This document shows positions 27,476 to 40,190 of a stretch of DNA of 64,000 bases, piece by piece. Each line of letters begins with the position of its first letter. Position 1 is the first letter of the stretch. The notes beneath the pieces were generated by a model that was not told where the DNA came from, searched no databases, and was given only the letters and a program-made list of their open reading frames with translations. The DNA is from Carcharhinus longimanus (Eukaryota). The stretch lies in the NCBI GenBank assembly GCA_030264375.1, contig JASCQW010000081.1, positions 73,114,202 through 73,178,201 on the forward strand. The letters run 5' to 3'. A program made the translations under genes and the position numbers.

Positions 27476-28785
27476 GACTACCTGGATCCACTACAGTTAG
27501 CGTTTTGCCACAACAGGTCCACAGCAGACGCCATCTCCCTGGCTCTGCACTCAACCTTGGAACACCTAGATAACAAGGACACCCATGTCAGACTCCTATT
27601 TATTGNNNNNNNNNNNNNNNNNNNNNNNNNNNNNNNNNNNNNNNNNNNNNAAACTCCACGTCCACCTGTGACAGGACCCTGAACTCCCTAACTCATAGAC
27701 CACAGTCAGTAAAGATAGGTAACAACACCTCCTCCACGATCATCCTCAACATCAGTACCCCACGCGGCTGTGCTCTCAACCCCTTACTATACTCCTTATA
27801 CACCAATGATTCTGTTGCCAAATTCCCCTCAATTCGATTTTCAAGTTTACTGACAACACCACTGTAATAGGTTGGATCTCAACGATGAGACAGAGTGCAG
27901 GAATGAGATAAAGAATCTGGTGAACTGGTGCAGCAACAATAATCTCTCCCTCTGTCAACAAAACAACTCCTCATGGTACCAGTAAAACATTGCGGGGTCT
28001 GCCTTTAACTGAATGCAGCCTGATTTCAACAGAACAGACCATAATCTTGATGGATCATGCAATCTATAGACACTTGTTTAATTTGCATAGTTTTCCTTCA
28101 ACTTCAGGAAGCATGAAGGAGAACATGCCCTGTCTACATCAATGAGAATGAAGTACAAAGGGTCAAGAGCTTCAAGATTTTGTGTGTCCAGATCACCAAG
28201 AACCTGTCCTGGTTCCCCCCACCCATGCTGACACTATAGTTAAGAAAGCCCACCAATGCCTCTACTTTCTCAGAAGACTAAAGAAATTTTGGCATGTCAG
28301 CTACAACTCTCTCCAACTTTTACAGATACACCATAGAAAGCATTCTTTCTGGTTATATCACAGCTTGGTGTGGCTCCTGCTCTGCCCAAGACCACAAGAA
28401 ACTACAAAATGAATGTAGCCCAATCCATCACGCAAACCAGCCTCCTATCCACTGACTGTCTATACTTCCCGCTGCCTCAGCAAAGCGGCCAACATAATTA
28501 AGGGCCCTACGCACCCCGGACATTCTCCCTTCCACCACCTTCTGTCAAGAAAAAGCTACAAAAGTCTGAGATCACGTACCAAGACTCAAGGACAGCTTCT
28601 TCCCTGCTGCTGTCAAACTTTTGAATGGACGTACTTTCTGTACAGCCTAGCTATGACTTTAACACTACATTCTGCACTCTATCTTTTCCTTTTCTGTGAA
28701 TAGTATGTTTTGTCTGTATAACGTGCAAGAAACGATACTTTTCACTGTATGTTAATACACTTGACAATAACAAATCAAATCAAAT
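27476..28785 (+). mobile_element. 5'-truncated Rex1/Babar-type LINE nested in the Copia pol
   Basis: [40 protein letters not shown]; KKAHQCLYFLRRL; (caaat)n tail. Removing it rejoins the host sequence FIKAE|VSE. Confidence 0.85.
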
Positions 28786-30731
28786 GGTATCGGAGAGAAA
28801 TTAGCAAGCCCTACACACCACATAAAGCCATCCAGGATACCATTTTGGCAAGGAGATATGGTATGCTATGAAAGAGAAGGCCAAAGAGTAGAAAGGGCCT
28901 GGCAAGGTAACGGAATGTTGGGGAAGTACAATCTGGTAATCAACCTGTTCGGACACATTCTTAGTTGCTGACTGATACTGACTATCCAGTCACAGGTCCT
29001 GAACAACACGAAGTTAGGAGGCATCATGCACTTCACACATACTGGGTAATTATGAAGATCAGATGATGGGAAAACACAAGGTTGACAGTCTATGAGCAAA
29101 GTAATACTGAGGCACAGGATGACCCTGTCTGTTCAAAAGGGCAACTATCTAAAAGTGGGCACAAAGATAACATACATACCAGGAGAAACCAGTGTGTGCG
29201 TGAATGCCACTATAATAGGGAGAGCAAGAAAAGCCTCTGGTAAATACAAAAATTGGCTGAACATGCAGAAGAAACGTCAAGAAACAAGATCTATGGATTG
29301 GCAAAATGACCCAAAAAGCATAACATCAGTTCTGACACTGATCCAGAAAATGACCACAGACCCAGAAATAAATCACAAACTTGCGAATGAGATTCTGTTC
29401 ATATGAGAGGAAGATCATATGATAGTAGTCCAGAAAGGGCCAGGAATGCAACCCCAGGCCATAGTTTAACAAGAACTAGGCTAAGAGAGGAAGCTAGCAA
29501 TCTCAATAGAAGTCCTCATGACCAGGAGGTTTTAATATTGCTAATGAAAGATGCCAAACAGAGTTAGAAAGTTGATTGGAATTTGGAGTATGTACTGAAG
29601 TACCTGATAGGGGACAGCCCTCTATTGCAGCAGTACCTCTGTACAGACAAGGTATTCCCAGACGCCACGTATAGAACAAGATTAGTAACCCCAAGGCTTT
29701 GCATAGACATTATGGGAACAGGATGTTGGAGTGGATTCACCTACTGCAGGGCAAGTGACTCTGAAGTTTTTTTGGCTATTTTGGAATTGTATTTCTAGGA
29801 ATGGAAATCTATTAACATGAAGACTGCATTTTTACAAAGAGAGAAATTTCAAAGAGAAGTGCTTTTGAAACCTCTCTCCCAAAGAAGTTAGTGATGTTGA
29901 AGGAAAGCTATGGAAATTAAACAAGTGTCTGTAGATTGATCCATCAAGATTATAGTCTGTTCTGTTGAAAACAGGCTGCATTTAGTTAAAGGCAGACCTT
30001 GCAATGTTTTACTGGTACCATAAGGAGAAACTATAAGGGGAATTTTCATCATGTATTGTGATGATTTCCTGCGGGGAGGCGCTGATGGATTTGAACAAGG
30101 AGTGATTGAGAAGTTAAAGAAGGAATTCAAGGTAGGAAGTCAGGCTCCAGGGGCCTTTTAATACTTGTTTTGCTTAATGTCTAAATCTATGTTAGGAGTA
30201 ACACTGAATCAACAGTCTTATCTAGAAAATATTAACCATATCTCTACAACTTGGGCTAGATCCTCACAAAAAGAGGATCCAGCTACCAAGGAAGAAAGAG
30301 AACTGAGAAGTTTGATCGGGCAGTTGAACTGGTTGTTCACCCAACCTAGACCTGATTCTAGATGCGATGTGATAGAGTTGAGTACCATGATGAAACATGC
30401 TTCAGATGAGGAAATTCTGAGACCAAATAAAACACTGAAAAAGTTACATTTAGAAAGATGCATGCTCTCAGGCCAAGCCTTGGGCAATCCAAAGATGTGA
30501 GGTTGGTCATTTTTGTTGATGCTTCTTTACACGCCAATCTCAGATGGGTACTCTAGTCCAGCACAGCTTTTCATATTCTTAGTAGGAATAACTGAGAAGT
30601 GTTCTCTATTGGCTTGGGAGGCCAAGAAAATAAGAGTCACAAAAAGCACCTAAGCTGTTGAAACACTGGCATCGGTAGAAGTATTAGATATGGGGGTTTA
30701 CTTGTCCAACATCTTGTCAAATTTTATATTT

Positions 30732-31030
30732 GAATCATAGAATCCCTACAGTGCAAGAGGAGGCCATTCTGCCCGGCAAGCCTGCACTGACAACAATCCC
30801 ACCCAGACCCTATCCCACATAACCCCATGTATTTACCCTGCTAATCCCCCTGACATGAAGGGGCAATTTAGCATGGCCAATCAACATAACTTGCATATCT
30901 TTGGAGTGTGGGAGGAAACTGGAACACCAGTGGAACCCCACACAGACACAGCGAGAATGTGCGGAGTTTGCACAATCATCCAAGGCAGGAATTGGCACTG
31001 AGGTAGCAGTGCTAACCACTGTGCTATCCC
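30732..31030 (-). mobile_element. HE1-like V-SINE nested in the Copia RNase H
   Basis: Minus-strand gcacagtggttagcactgct head, V-domain and CR1-type tail. Confidence 0.8.
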
Positions 31031-31434
31031 TTAGGGGCAATGTGAGAAATGTGGAATGTTACGCTGACAGTGGTCTTTGGGACAACGTTCATTCAATAAA
31101 GAATGTGACAAAGAAAAGGCTAAGAATAGATTTAGCCACCATATAAGAGATGTTAGAGAGAAGAAAAACCTCTTCAATGGGTTGACAAGTCACCAGCTAT
31201 TGGACTGTTTCACAAAAAAGAAATGCCTGCTCCAAGAAATTACTAAATGTATTTGAACAGGGCATCTTCTGTTATAGTTGAATGAAAAATCAATTTCTGG
31301 TTTATAATGGTTTATGTATATTATATAAAGGAATTACAGGATTTATAGATGTGAAAATGTGAGATCATTTATTTCTGTTCAGATTCAAAAGAACGTCTTT
31401 CTTTTCCAAAGCTTTAGTTTAAAAGAGGGGTATC

Positions 31435-31642
31435 TGTCAATGTACTATCAGTGCATGGCAATGACCTTGTTAAGGAAGTTGCTAGTTAAATATGTGACAT
31501 TGATTGTCCTATGAATAGAGACTCGGGGGGGATGAGCTTCTTGTCAGTTAGCAGCACTAAGCAAGTGTCTTTACAATAAACTGGATTGAACCTAAACAAA
31601 CACCTTGGATTGATTTTTCCATCACAGCCACTTGTTGTAACA
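31435..31642 (+). repeat. 3' LTR of the Copia-like element
   Basis: TG...CA termini, 4 nt after a polypurine tract; aligns to the 5' LTR. Confidence 0.85.
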
Positions 31643-33909
31643 GAGTCAATTGACACCAATTATTCCTGCTCCCAAAAGTTTATAGGTGGATTAGGGATTA
31701 AATGGGAGTCTGCGGGGTCTTCCTGTGACTCCTGTAGTTTGTCCAGCAAACCTTGTTTGGTTTGTCCAGCAAACCTTGTTTGTTTGGTTTGCTTGCAATC
31801 ACGCACTGAGGAATTCCCTCATTCAGAGGTATTCAGTTCTTACTCATCAGGAAGGTGGATCTGTTGAAAGCTACTCATCTGCCCTTGCCTCTGACCTCCT
31901 CCCCTGCACACTATTCACCATCCTAATGACAACCCCGCAACATATCCCCCGTGACTGCCCTCCCGCCCCACTCAACTTTGTCCAGGGATTTGGCAATGAT
32001 CCTTGGTGAAGTCCTTAAAGCATTACCAGCAGCTGCCACTGCTCCCAGTGGCACTGCTGGCAAAGAGCAGCAGCTGGCCTCTAGCCAATAGCTCTCAGGA
32101 GTCAGAGTTTCTACTCCGCACTGCCCCCCCCTCAGAAATCCTATGGAGACCCCCAATGTAGAATCGACTAAATGTCTGATGGACACTTAATTTTGTCAGG
32201 CTTCCCCTATGGAAGTGATGTCGTGTTCTTCTGGAGAACCCAAACTTGAGGTTGCAAATGCAAGATAGTCACTTGTAAAACTAATAGGGAATTCAGGAAA
32301 AACTTCTTTACCCAAGGATTTGGAACTCACTACCATATGGGATAAGTGAAATTAATTGCATAGGGGAAGTTAGATAAGCATGAGGGAGCAAACAATAGGA
32401 TAGGGTAGGAGAAGGTTTGTGAAGACGGAAGTGACCAGTCGGGCTGAATGGTCTAATTTTGCAATGCACACTTGATGGAAGAGTGTTTTATATCTTGCAC
32501 TGTATTATGGGTCAACTTCAAGGTACAGTGCCATGTGATAAACACCTCTCTCTCTCTCAATGTGACAAACGGTCAAGAAGGAAAATTCTGGTTCAGTAAC
32601 AATTCAAGGGGCAGTATGAATGTAGATGGAAGGATACCTGAATGGGGTAAAGAGAAAGATATATGATAGTATTTGGTAGAGTATTCCAAGCCAGCCTTTG
32701 TGCATTATGAGAGCTATTGAGGGTGTTATAGAGGGAAATAAGCAAAGGGTTCTGTGAGAAGTAACCCAGATGTCAAGATATAAAGAGTAACAACTGAATT
32801 TTCACGCAAAAACTATTTTTTCAGATAGAAAACATCCTTACAAGAGATGATTAACTATTAGAATGCTGACACAGGGAAACTCTCTCCTCCTTTGGCTATC
32901 CAGTCATATTTCATTCTTCAGCTCTCTGATACAAGATAATCTCAATATGTCACAGAAATAGGGCCAATAGCAGGAATATACTTGTTATAATCAATGATTG
33001 AAATATAACCAACAAAAAAACACCAACCTCTTAATCTGTTCTCTACACTTTCCTCAACTTCCACTGCAACCCCCTATCCCCCTTACTGTTACAAAAACAG
33101 AAAAGTCAATTATTCCTCTGCTTTAATGAGGTTGAACAAGTTTGAAATAATTGAGACTCAATGGTCTGAAGCCTGAGTTTAAAGAACTGCATTCCAGAAG
33201 ATGTAGAAGACTAAAATGTTCACATTAGTGTTTTTTTTATATCAAAACCAGGAAGCAGATCACTTAATGAATATATTCTCATTATACTTCCCTGCGGTTC
33301 AACTGCACCACACACCCTATTTAAACTATCTTCTTGCCTTCAGTGCCAACTCCTTTAGGCCCTCTGCTCAGCTGCATGACATGATACAACTGACTTTGAA
33401 CCTGAGAACAACATCAGCCTCAATCAGACTCTCCGTTTAGTACCATCACCTGCCTTGATTTGGGTCGTAGTCATGCTGTACTGCACAGTCCAACTTCCAA
33501 TTTTGTATGGTCACTTGGAGTAAACTACACGACTAACTGCAAAATTGTAGCTAGCTTGGAAGCATACATCATCCATTCCAATCCTAAAATCACATCACAT
33601 TAAAATGTTAATGATTTCCTCCAGCTCTATAAACTCCAACAGATTCTCACATTTTCAGGAAGGAAACAAAAAAAAGTCCTGATTAATCATTGCTATAACA
33701 GTGCATGATGTATTGAAGCCAATTTAACATGCAAAATATACCAGGGGGCATTTTTCCATTCAATGGCCCATTAGAGGCTATACCCTTTATTTAGAGGTCA
33801 AAGTGTACTTGCTCGAAAGGCGAGTGTGTGAAAAAATTCAGACGCAAGTAAGATAGTGGCAGAAAGGGAAAGAGAGGAGCAGGAGACAAAACTAAATATA
33901 GATACAGAG

Positions 33910-36105
33910 TCACTGAGTCATAGAAGTTTACAGCATGGTCCTTCAGCCCAACTTGTCCATGCCCCTTTTTTTAAAACCCTAAACTAATCCCAATTGCCTG
34001 CATTTGGCCCATATCCCTCTATACCCATCGCACCCACGTAACTATCTAAATGCTTTTTAAAAGATAAAATTGTACTCACCTCTACTATTACCTCTGGCAG
34101 CTTGNNNNNNNNNNNNNNNNNNNNNNNNNNNNNNNNNNNNNNNNNNNNNNNNNNNNNNNNNNNNNNNNNNNNNNNNNNNNNNNNNNNNNNNNNNNNNNNA
34201 TTGTACCCGCCTCTACTACTACCTCTGGCAGCTTGTTCCAGACACTCATCACCCTCTGTGTGAAAAAATTGCCTCTCTGGACACTTTTGTTACTCTCCCC
34301 TCTTACATTAAACCTATGCCCTCTAGTTTCAGATTCCCCTAACTTTGGGAAAAGATATTGCCCATCTATCTGTGCCCTTCATTATTTTATAGACCTCCAT
34401 AAGATCACCCCTCAGCTTTCTACACTCCAAAGAAAAAATTCCCAGTCTATCCAGCCTCTCCTTATAACTCAAAGCATAAATTCCCAGTAGCATCCCAGTA
34501 AACCTTTTCTGCACTCTTTCTAGTTTAATAATATCCTTTCTATAATCGGGTGATCAGAACCGCACACTGTATTCCAAGTGTGGCCTTACCAACAACTTGT
34601 ACAACTTCAATAAGACATCCCAACTCCTGCAATCAATGCTCTGTACAATGAAACCAAGCATGCCATATGCCTTCTTCACCATTCTGTTAACCTGTGACTT
34701 TACTTTCAAGGAGCTATGAACTTGCACCCCTAGATCTCTTTGTTCTATGAACCATGCCTCCTAAATTTTCATCCAAATCATTAACATAAATGACAAATAA
34801 CAGTGGACCCAGCAGTGATCCCTGAGGCAAACCGCTGGTCACAGGCCTCCAGTTTGAAAGACAACCCTCTACAACCACCCTTTGGCTTCTGTCATCAAGA
34901 CAATTTTGTATCCATTTGGCAACCTCACCCTAGATCCAGCGAGATTTAACCTTATGCAACAACATACCATGCGGTAGTTTGTCAAAGGCTTTGCTAAAAT
35001 CCATGTTGACAATGCCAACAACACTGCCTTCATCTACCTTCTTCGTTACCCCTGCAAAAAACAATTAAATTTGAGAGACATGACTGTCCCTAAATCAGTC
35101 CTCGTGTCTTTAAATGCCTGCAGAACCTGTCTCTCAAAATACCTTCCAACAATTTACTCACCACAGATGTGAGGCTCACTGGCCTGCAGTTCCCAGTCTT
35201 TTCCCTGCAGCCCTTCTTAAACAAAGGCACAACATTTGCCACTCGCCAATCTTCAGGCATCTTACCCATGACTATCGATGATTCAAATATCTCTGCTAGG
35301 GGACCGCAATTTCCTCCCAAACCTCCCACAACGTCCTGGGATACACTTCATCAGGTCCCGGGGATTTATCTACCTTGATGTACTTTAAGACTTCCAGCAC
35401 TTCGTTCTCTTAATATGTACATCCTCAAGACATCACTATTTATTTCCCCAACTTCCCTAATATCCGTGCTTTTTTCAACAGTGAATACTGATGAGAAATA
35501 TTCATTTAGGATCTCACCCATCTCTTGTTGATCCGCACCTAGATGACCTTGTTGGTCCTTAAGAGGTCCTACTCTCTCCCTTGTTATTCTTTTGCTCTTT
35601 ATGAATTTGTAGAAGCTCTTTGGATTCTCCTTTGGCTTATCTGCCAAAACAATTTCATGTCCCCTTTTTGCCTTCCTGATTTCTCCCTTAACTCTACTCC
35701 TACACCCCCAAAACTCTTTCAGGGATTCACTTGATCCCAGCTGCCTATGCACGCCATGTGCCTCTGTCTCCTTCTTGACCAGGGCCTCAATATCCCGAGT
35801 CATCCAGGGTTCTCGACTTCTGCCAGCTTTGCCCTTCATTCTAAGAGGAATGTGTTTACCCTGAGCCCTGGTTAACACACTTTTCAAAGCATGCCACTTA
35901 CCAGATGTCCCTTTGCCTTCCCACAGACTACCCCAATTAACTTTTGAAAGTTCCTGCCTGATACCATCAAAATTGAGAATATTAACTTTTGGGAAAGAGC
36001 TACCATTCTCCATAGGTACCTTAAAACTAATAGAATTATGGTCACTGGGCCCAAAGTGATCCCTCACTAACACTTCTGTCACCTGCCCTTCCTTATTTCC
36101 CAAGA
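33910..36105 (-). mobile_element. CR1 LINE (endonuclease C-terminus + RT + 3' tail), decayed
   Basis: ORF 35366-36103 (DHFGPSDHNSISF, KENPKSFYKFIK); PEDWRVANVVPLFKKG..RPVSLTSVV; QKRFTGML..YKERL..LRGDL. Confidence 0.9.
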
Positions 36106-36400
36106 GAGTGAGAAGAGTAAGGTAAAAAGAAACAGTGGCGGAGACAGGGTCACGAAGACAGAGAGAAAGAAGGTGACTCAGGCAGAGTGAAAGAGATAAA
36201 AAGAAACAGAGGGAGCAAAAGGCAAAATAAATAAAGCCAGCGAAAGAGAGCGAGCAGAGCTACAGAAAGAGAGCAGGCCAAAACTCTGGAGAAAGAAATA
36301 CAAAGAATGGCAAGATATGTGAAAGGGCGGAGAGGGCAAGAGAGAGTGAGCAGAAGAGGCAAAATGAGAGCAATGGAGATTACCAGAGAAATAGAAAGGG
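36105..36400. repeat. GA-rich low-complexity tract
   Basis: Purine-rich on the + strand; explains the spurious ORF 36150-36542. Confidence 0.7.
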
Positions 36401-36806
36401 ATTGAGATCCAGCAATGGCAACCTTGAAGGAACGCAGAGACAAAGATCTATCCCTGCCAATTGGCCACTTCCTCTGATTCTGAGCCCTGGCAATGTCCCA
36501 GTCTCTCAAGTTCACAAGGACAGAGAAAGTCAGGGAGAACAATTGGTACTTCTGAAATTTTGTCAGGAGATATCAACAGCTTTCATTGGAACGGGTTAAA
36601 GGAGGGCTAGGGATTTATGTTCAATTGATCTATAAAGCAATGATTTCTCAAATTGTTTCCTAACTACTAACATATTTAACAATTAGTAATAAACTCCATA
36701 TATAGTAAGGCCTTTTCACATATTAAAGAGCCAGAAACTTGGGTGTAATTTATTTGAGTTGACTTATTGTCCACCATACACAAACACTTTAACCCATGCA
36801 CTATGA

Positions 36807-37170
36807 GGTGGTGATGGCTTAGTGGTATTATAGATGGTCTATTAGTCCAGAAACTCAGCTAATGTTCTGAGGACCTGGTTCAAATACCACCCTGACAAAT
36901 GGTGGAATTTGAATTCAATAAAAAAAAACTGGAATTAAGAATCTACCGATAACCATGAAACCGTTGTCGATTGTCAGAAAAACCCATCTGGTTGACTAAC
37001 GTCCTTTAGGAAAGGAAGTCTGCTGTCCTTATCCAGTCTGGCCTACACATGACTCCAGAGCCACACAGCAACGTGGTTGACCCTCAACTGCCTTCCAAGG
37101 GACGACTAGAGATGGGCAATAAATGCTGGTCAGCCAGCGACTTCCATGTCCCACGAATGAATAAAAAAAA
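36807..37170 (+). mobile_element. tRNA-derived SINE with L2-type tail (other copies at 1775-2075 + and ~15790-16330 -)
   Basis: Shared core gaatttgaattcaataa...cccatctggtt..ctttagg.aaggaa..tctggcctaca. Confidence 0.75.
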
Positions 37171-39612
37171 AGAAATTAGTAGGCCAAGTACACAATGGAA
37201 AAAGTATATAGAAGCTGATACAGAGGAGAATTTGATCCACAAGTTGATAGGTCTAAGTTGTCAACAGACACGTGACGGTCCAAATTTCACACTAGTGACA
37301 AAGGTTTTAATTTGTCAAGTATTAAATTCAGATGCTAACACTGGAGATGTGGCTCCAAATCCCTCCATTTCCATTTGCCCAGCCGTGCCCAATTATGGCA
37401 GCCTCATTGGTGCTGGAGTAGTCACATGTTGATTATTAAAAAATACATTTGGCTAGAATACCCAAAGCATCATCATCCATTCAGCCTGAGCTAGATTTCA
37501 ACCAAGTCCCAGAAGAATAATTTCATGGATCACAAGTTCAGTATTTCTTCCTTGTATTCAGTATCTGCTGCATGGTTTCCAAGCTTTGGTAGCCCATTGC
37601 CTCACTGATCTACACGAGGTGTGTATTAAGGGCACAGCTTTATTTGAGAAACTGTGATACATGTTTATTGGAGATGACCCCACTCAAAAAGTCTGGATGG
37701 GGCCACAGAATGATAAAGATTAAGCAATGCTTGTGCAAAGGATGATTCTGCTCTGGGAGAAAATATGCCTGTCCACATCCTACAAGAAAATTTCTGATGT
37801 TATTATCCCATAGAGACTGAATTTCCAATTAATAGCCAAAAAGATAACCCAACAGCATTTCACATTTTAAGACTTTACTGCAACACCAGACTAAAAGCGC
37901 TATTGGCAAAACACCATTTCTCTAGACAACTTATACTTTAAACCACAAGACATTTCTTGCACAATTGAAAAATATATTTCACAGATATAGTTTACACTGT
38001 CCTTTGAGTAGACATTAAGTTCTCCCAGGGTCAGTCCAGAATAATTTTTAGTTTGAGAGATTTTACATAAGAACATAAGAAATAGGAGCAGGAGTAGGCC
38101 ATCCAGCCCTTCGAGCCTGCCCCGCCATTCAATAAGNNNNNNNNNNNNNNNNNNNNNNNNNNNNNNNNNNNNNNNNNNNNNNNNNNNNNNNNNNNNNNNN
38201 NNNNNNNNNNNNNNNNNNNNNNNNNNNNNNNNNNNNCCATTTGCCAGTTCCTGGCCCATTCGCCCAGCCTATCTAGATCCTTCTGCAGACTCTCCACACC
38301 CTCTGCACAATTTTCCGTTCCAATTTTCCTTCTGTTCTTTCCCTTTCTCAGCCCGGTAACTTCTAATCTAGAACTGTCTTTAATGAGATTATTACTAGAG
38401 ATCCTCCCTCAAGCACGCTAGATGAATCTTCATTTTAACTCATGAATTTGGTCTTTCCAATCCAAGCACAAGCTCTGATCAGCATTCCTGCTCTGTGAAC
38501 CTTCAAACTGTAACTGCTCTCACTCCCAGACCCTGGCAGACTGCCTGTGCCTAAATAATTTCAGGGATATCTTAGAAACCATTCCTCTCCAAGGCCAATT
38601 TTTATGGCAACACAAATCACATGGGTCTTGTATCCAAGCAGAAATGCTGATTGGCTAAACTTGAGAGCCCAACTCTTACATCTTGGAACTAAACAGACAG
38701 TTTGAAACTATTGTTTACAACCCAGCATTCTCAACACTTTTTTGGGAGACTCCCCACTGTTAGCAGATAGGCTGCTGCCATTGTATCCAACTGTAAAAAC
38801 TTTGCATCTTCTTCCCAGTAAAAGATTTTGGGTCCCCTTTAATCTTTAACAATCAAGCCATATAGGTTTGCTGTCAAGCAGACATCAGCACAGGTCATAT
38901 GACCCGTTCATTATACCTTAAATAAATAATACCACTCGGCCATCACCTAGTGGAGCACTTACCAAAAAATGCCATCCACCAAGTTCAACAGAACCCATGC
39001 CTCTGAAAGGCTTGGTATTTGGTTGAGGGAAAGGTTAGTTGTTTCTGGAGCCTCCCTAACATTCCAGGCCTCCATTGGTGGAATGCTGTCTGTTTGCCAG
39101 TATGGATGATGTGGGTATGCCGGCGTTGGACTGGCGTAAACATATTCATGCAGCACTGAATATTTTTACAGATTTTACAGTTTTTACAGATTTGCCAGTA
39201 TGGACACATTCTCCCCAACTGTGCTGATGACATTGTCCGCGTAATTAAAGGTCATCGCTGGAGATTGGTGGACCTCGAATCATAACTTGGCCCTAATAAA
39301 GCAGCATTTGGCCACTTTTACTATAAGCCTATTTTTAACATGCTTTCATTTCTATAGCATCCTGAATGTAGCAAAATATCTTAAGGAACTTCACAGTNNN
39401 NNNNNNNNNNNNNNNNNNNNNNNNNNNNNNNNNNNNNNNNNNNNNNNNNNNNNNNNNNNNNNNNNNNNNNNNNNNNNNNNNNNNNNNNNNNNNNNNNATT
39501 GTTATTAAACAATAATTGGCACCAAACTGCATAAGGTGATATCAGGAAGTGTTTTAAAGAGAGCTTTAAAAGAGAAGGAAGGGTGGGTTCAGTGTTTAAA
39601 AGTTAGAAAAAC

Positions 39613-39676
39613 TATGACAATTGAGGTTTCTAAATAATTTGTTTTTGGAAATTATTTAGAAACCTCAATTGTCATA
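39613..39676. repeat. Perfect 28-bp inverted repeat with an 8-nt loop
   Basis: tatgacaattgaggtttctaaataattt-gtttttgg-aaattatttagaaacctcaattgtcata. Confidence 0.95.
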
Positions 39677-40149
39677 TCAAGCTTTGCTTATGCACACATC
39701 TATCAGACAGAAGTTAATTCCAAGTGGATCCAAAAATGGAGTGTTGAATGCATCTCTAATTGAAAAAGATCAGTTGAACAGCAAAACATTATATTTATCT
39801 CAATCAATATTTCTTCATTGATCAACAGTGCAGGACAAAAGCAATTGCTAATGGAGTTTGGCCAAGCTAACAGTTTTCCAGTACTTCAAAGTAATCCATT
39901 GTGTGAAGCATTTTTCAATGCCAGAATGTCCTCCAATCCTACATTGGTTCTCCATCTGGCAACATTTCCAACTGGAAATTCTCATCCTTGTTTTTAAGTC
40001 CCTGCATAGTCTTGTCCCTGTTATTGTCTCCATCCCTACAACTCTCTTCAGAGAAAAGCAAAATACTGCAGATGCTGGAATGTGAAACAAAAACAGAAAG
40101 TGCTGGAAAATCTCAGCTGGTCTGACTGCATCTGTGGAGAGAGAGAATA

Positions 40150-40190
40150 GAGCCAACATTTCAAGTCTGGATCACCTTTCATCAGAGCCC
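40150..40190 (-). ncRNA. Minimal type I hammerhead ribozyme motif in a Penelope-type repeat
   Basis: Minus strand gggct CTGATGA aaggt gatccag actt GAAA tg t t ggctc: core boxes intact, short helices I and II, decayed AACGTT-type helix III palindrome. Confidence 0.55.

Larger units (their letters stand above)
25015..31642 (+). mobile_element. Decayed full-length Ty1/Copia-order LTR retrotransposon
   Basis: Paired LTRs. gag from ATG 25377 (QWKAEVEVW...DKFYKKDKLLEAYE...EYIMDFDRCYKRL). Protease LDSGC 26367. Integrase QFAHP/CxxC and TDNGEEF...PFSNGLCERNH (26740-27280). RT MKTAFLQ (~29817), YCDDFL (~30054), LRSLIGQLNW. RNase H FVDAS...KRLRIDLA...QLLDCFTK. PPT aaaagagggg 31421-31430. Many stops and frameshifts. 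Confidence 0.9.

Noticed and set aside
25010-31647. 5-bp target-site duplication for the Copia element (cagtg / gagtc)
   Set aside because: Only 3 of 5 bases match; not used as evidence.
31738-31783. 23-bp tandem duplication
   Set aside because: Ordinary slippage within an old repeat.
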